A stretch of DNA of 64,000 bases, taken from positions 309 to 64,308 of the forward strand of contig JAFGVM010000024.1 of NCBI GenBank assembly GCA_016937995.1. Reading direction: 5' to 3'. The translations under genes were made by a program, and so were the position numbers. The notes under the pieces were generated by a model, which saw only the letters and a list, made by a program, of their open reading frames with translations, ran no database searches and had not been told where the DNA came from. Numbering within the stretch: position 1 is the stretch's first letter; the number at the start of each line of letters is the position of its first letter. Shown here piece after piece: positions 63,915 through 64,000 of the stretch. This stretch comes from Candidatus Delongbacteria bacterium (GTDB lineage: Bacteria; UBA4055).

Positions 63915-64000
63915 ATGTACATTGAAGAGAGACCATGGGGATCGTTCACCATTCTGGAAGATACCGATACTTACAAGACCAAAAGGATTACAGTAAGACC
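63915..64000 (+). CDS. Cupin-type mannose-6-phosphate isomerase-like protein, 5' fragment
   Basis: MYIEERPWGSFTILEDTDTYKTKRITVRP matches the ERPWG.F...K.I.V.PG start of type II PMI/cupin domains. It is truncated by the window edge. Confidence 0.55.
   Translation, partial: MYIEERPWGSFTILEDTDTYKTKRITVR

Noticed and set aside
1-64000. Mobile elements, prophage, defence islands, CRISPR-Cas
   Set aside because: I recognised no transposase, integrase, recombinase, phage structural genes, restriction-modification or Cas-like ORFs. The only repeats are the short hairpin elements and the intragenic FG-GAP blades.

Overview
AT-rich bacterial chromosomal window (roughly mid-30s % GC by eye, not computed) with about 58 protein-coding genes. 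I found no rRNA, tRNA, CRISPR array, transposase or integrase. A T9SS-type C-terminal sorting domain, a sigma54-EBP + LptE pair and anaerobe-type redox genes suggest an uncultured FCB-group anaerobe, possibly Cloacimonadota-like; this is low confidence.

Layout:
- 1-6583: a partial MarR gene sits divergent from a conserved, functionally uncharacterised cluster. It encodes DUF134, DUF5320, a small zinc-ribbon protein, 3 NifX-like proteins, 2 MinD/ferredoxin ATPases, a CoADR/NSR-like flavoprotein and a CGGC-domain protein.
- 6694-12153 (-): a lipocalin-like secreted protein plus a 1418-aa protein with two 7-bladed FG-GAP propellers. A perfect CRP/FNR-type palindrome lies upstream.
- 12511-24530 (-): a 13-gene Mrp-Mbx/MBS-type membrane oxidoreductase operon. 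It is headed by a second MarR paralog and ends with a NuoI-like::GltD-like fusion and a CBS protein. The NuoD-like subunit lacks canonical NiFe motifs.
- 24705-64000: housekeeping and envelope genes. These are a sigma54 EBP, lptE, an adenosine-kinase-like gene, metF, metH, an outer-membrane barrel, beta-propeller lipoproteins, a HAL-family lyase, SRPBCC + 2 PAP2 genes, rpmB, an lpxL-like gene, gcvPA, gcvH, pilT, a TlpA-like gene, an amidase, cinA, lpxH, PBP1A, a T9SS-CTD giant protein, a YbbR-like gene, nfeD, floA and a partial cupin.

Most interesting:
- The Mbx-like complex with a fused NAD(P)H module.
- The two cysteine-bearing MarR paralogs, which sit behind near-identical promoters.
- The DUF134 cluster.
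- A dispersed family of GC-rich hairpin elements with conserved flanks and swapped stems, found at and inside operon boundaries.
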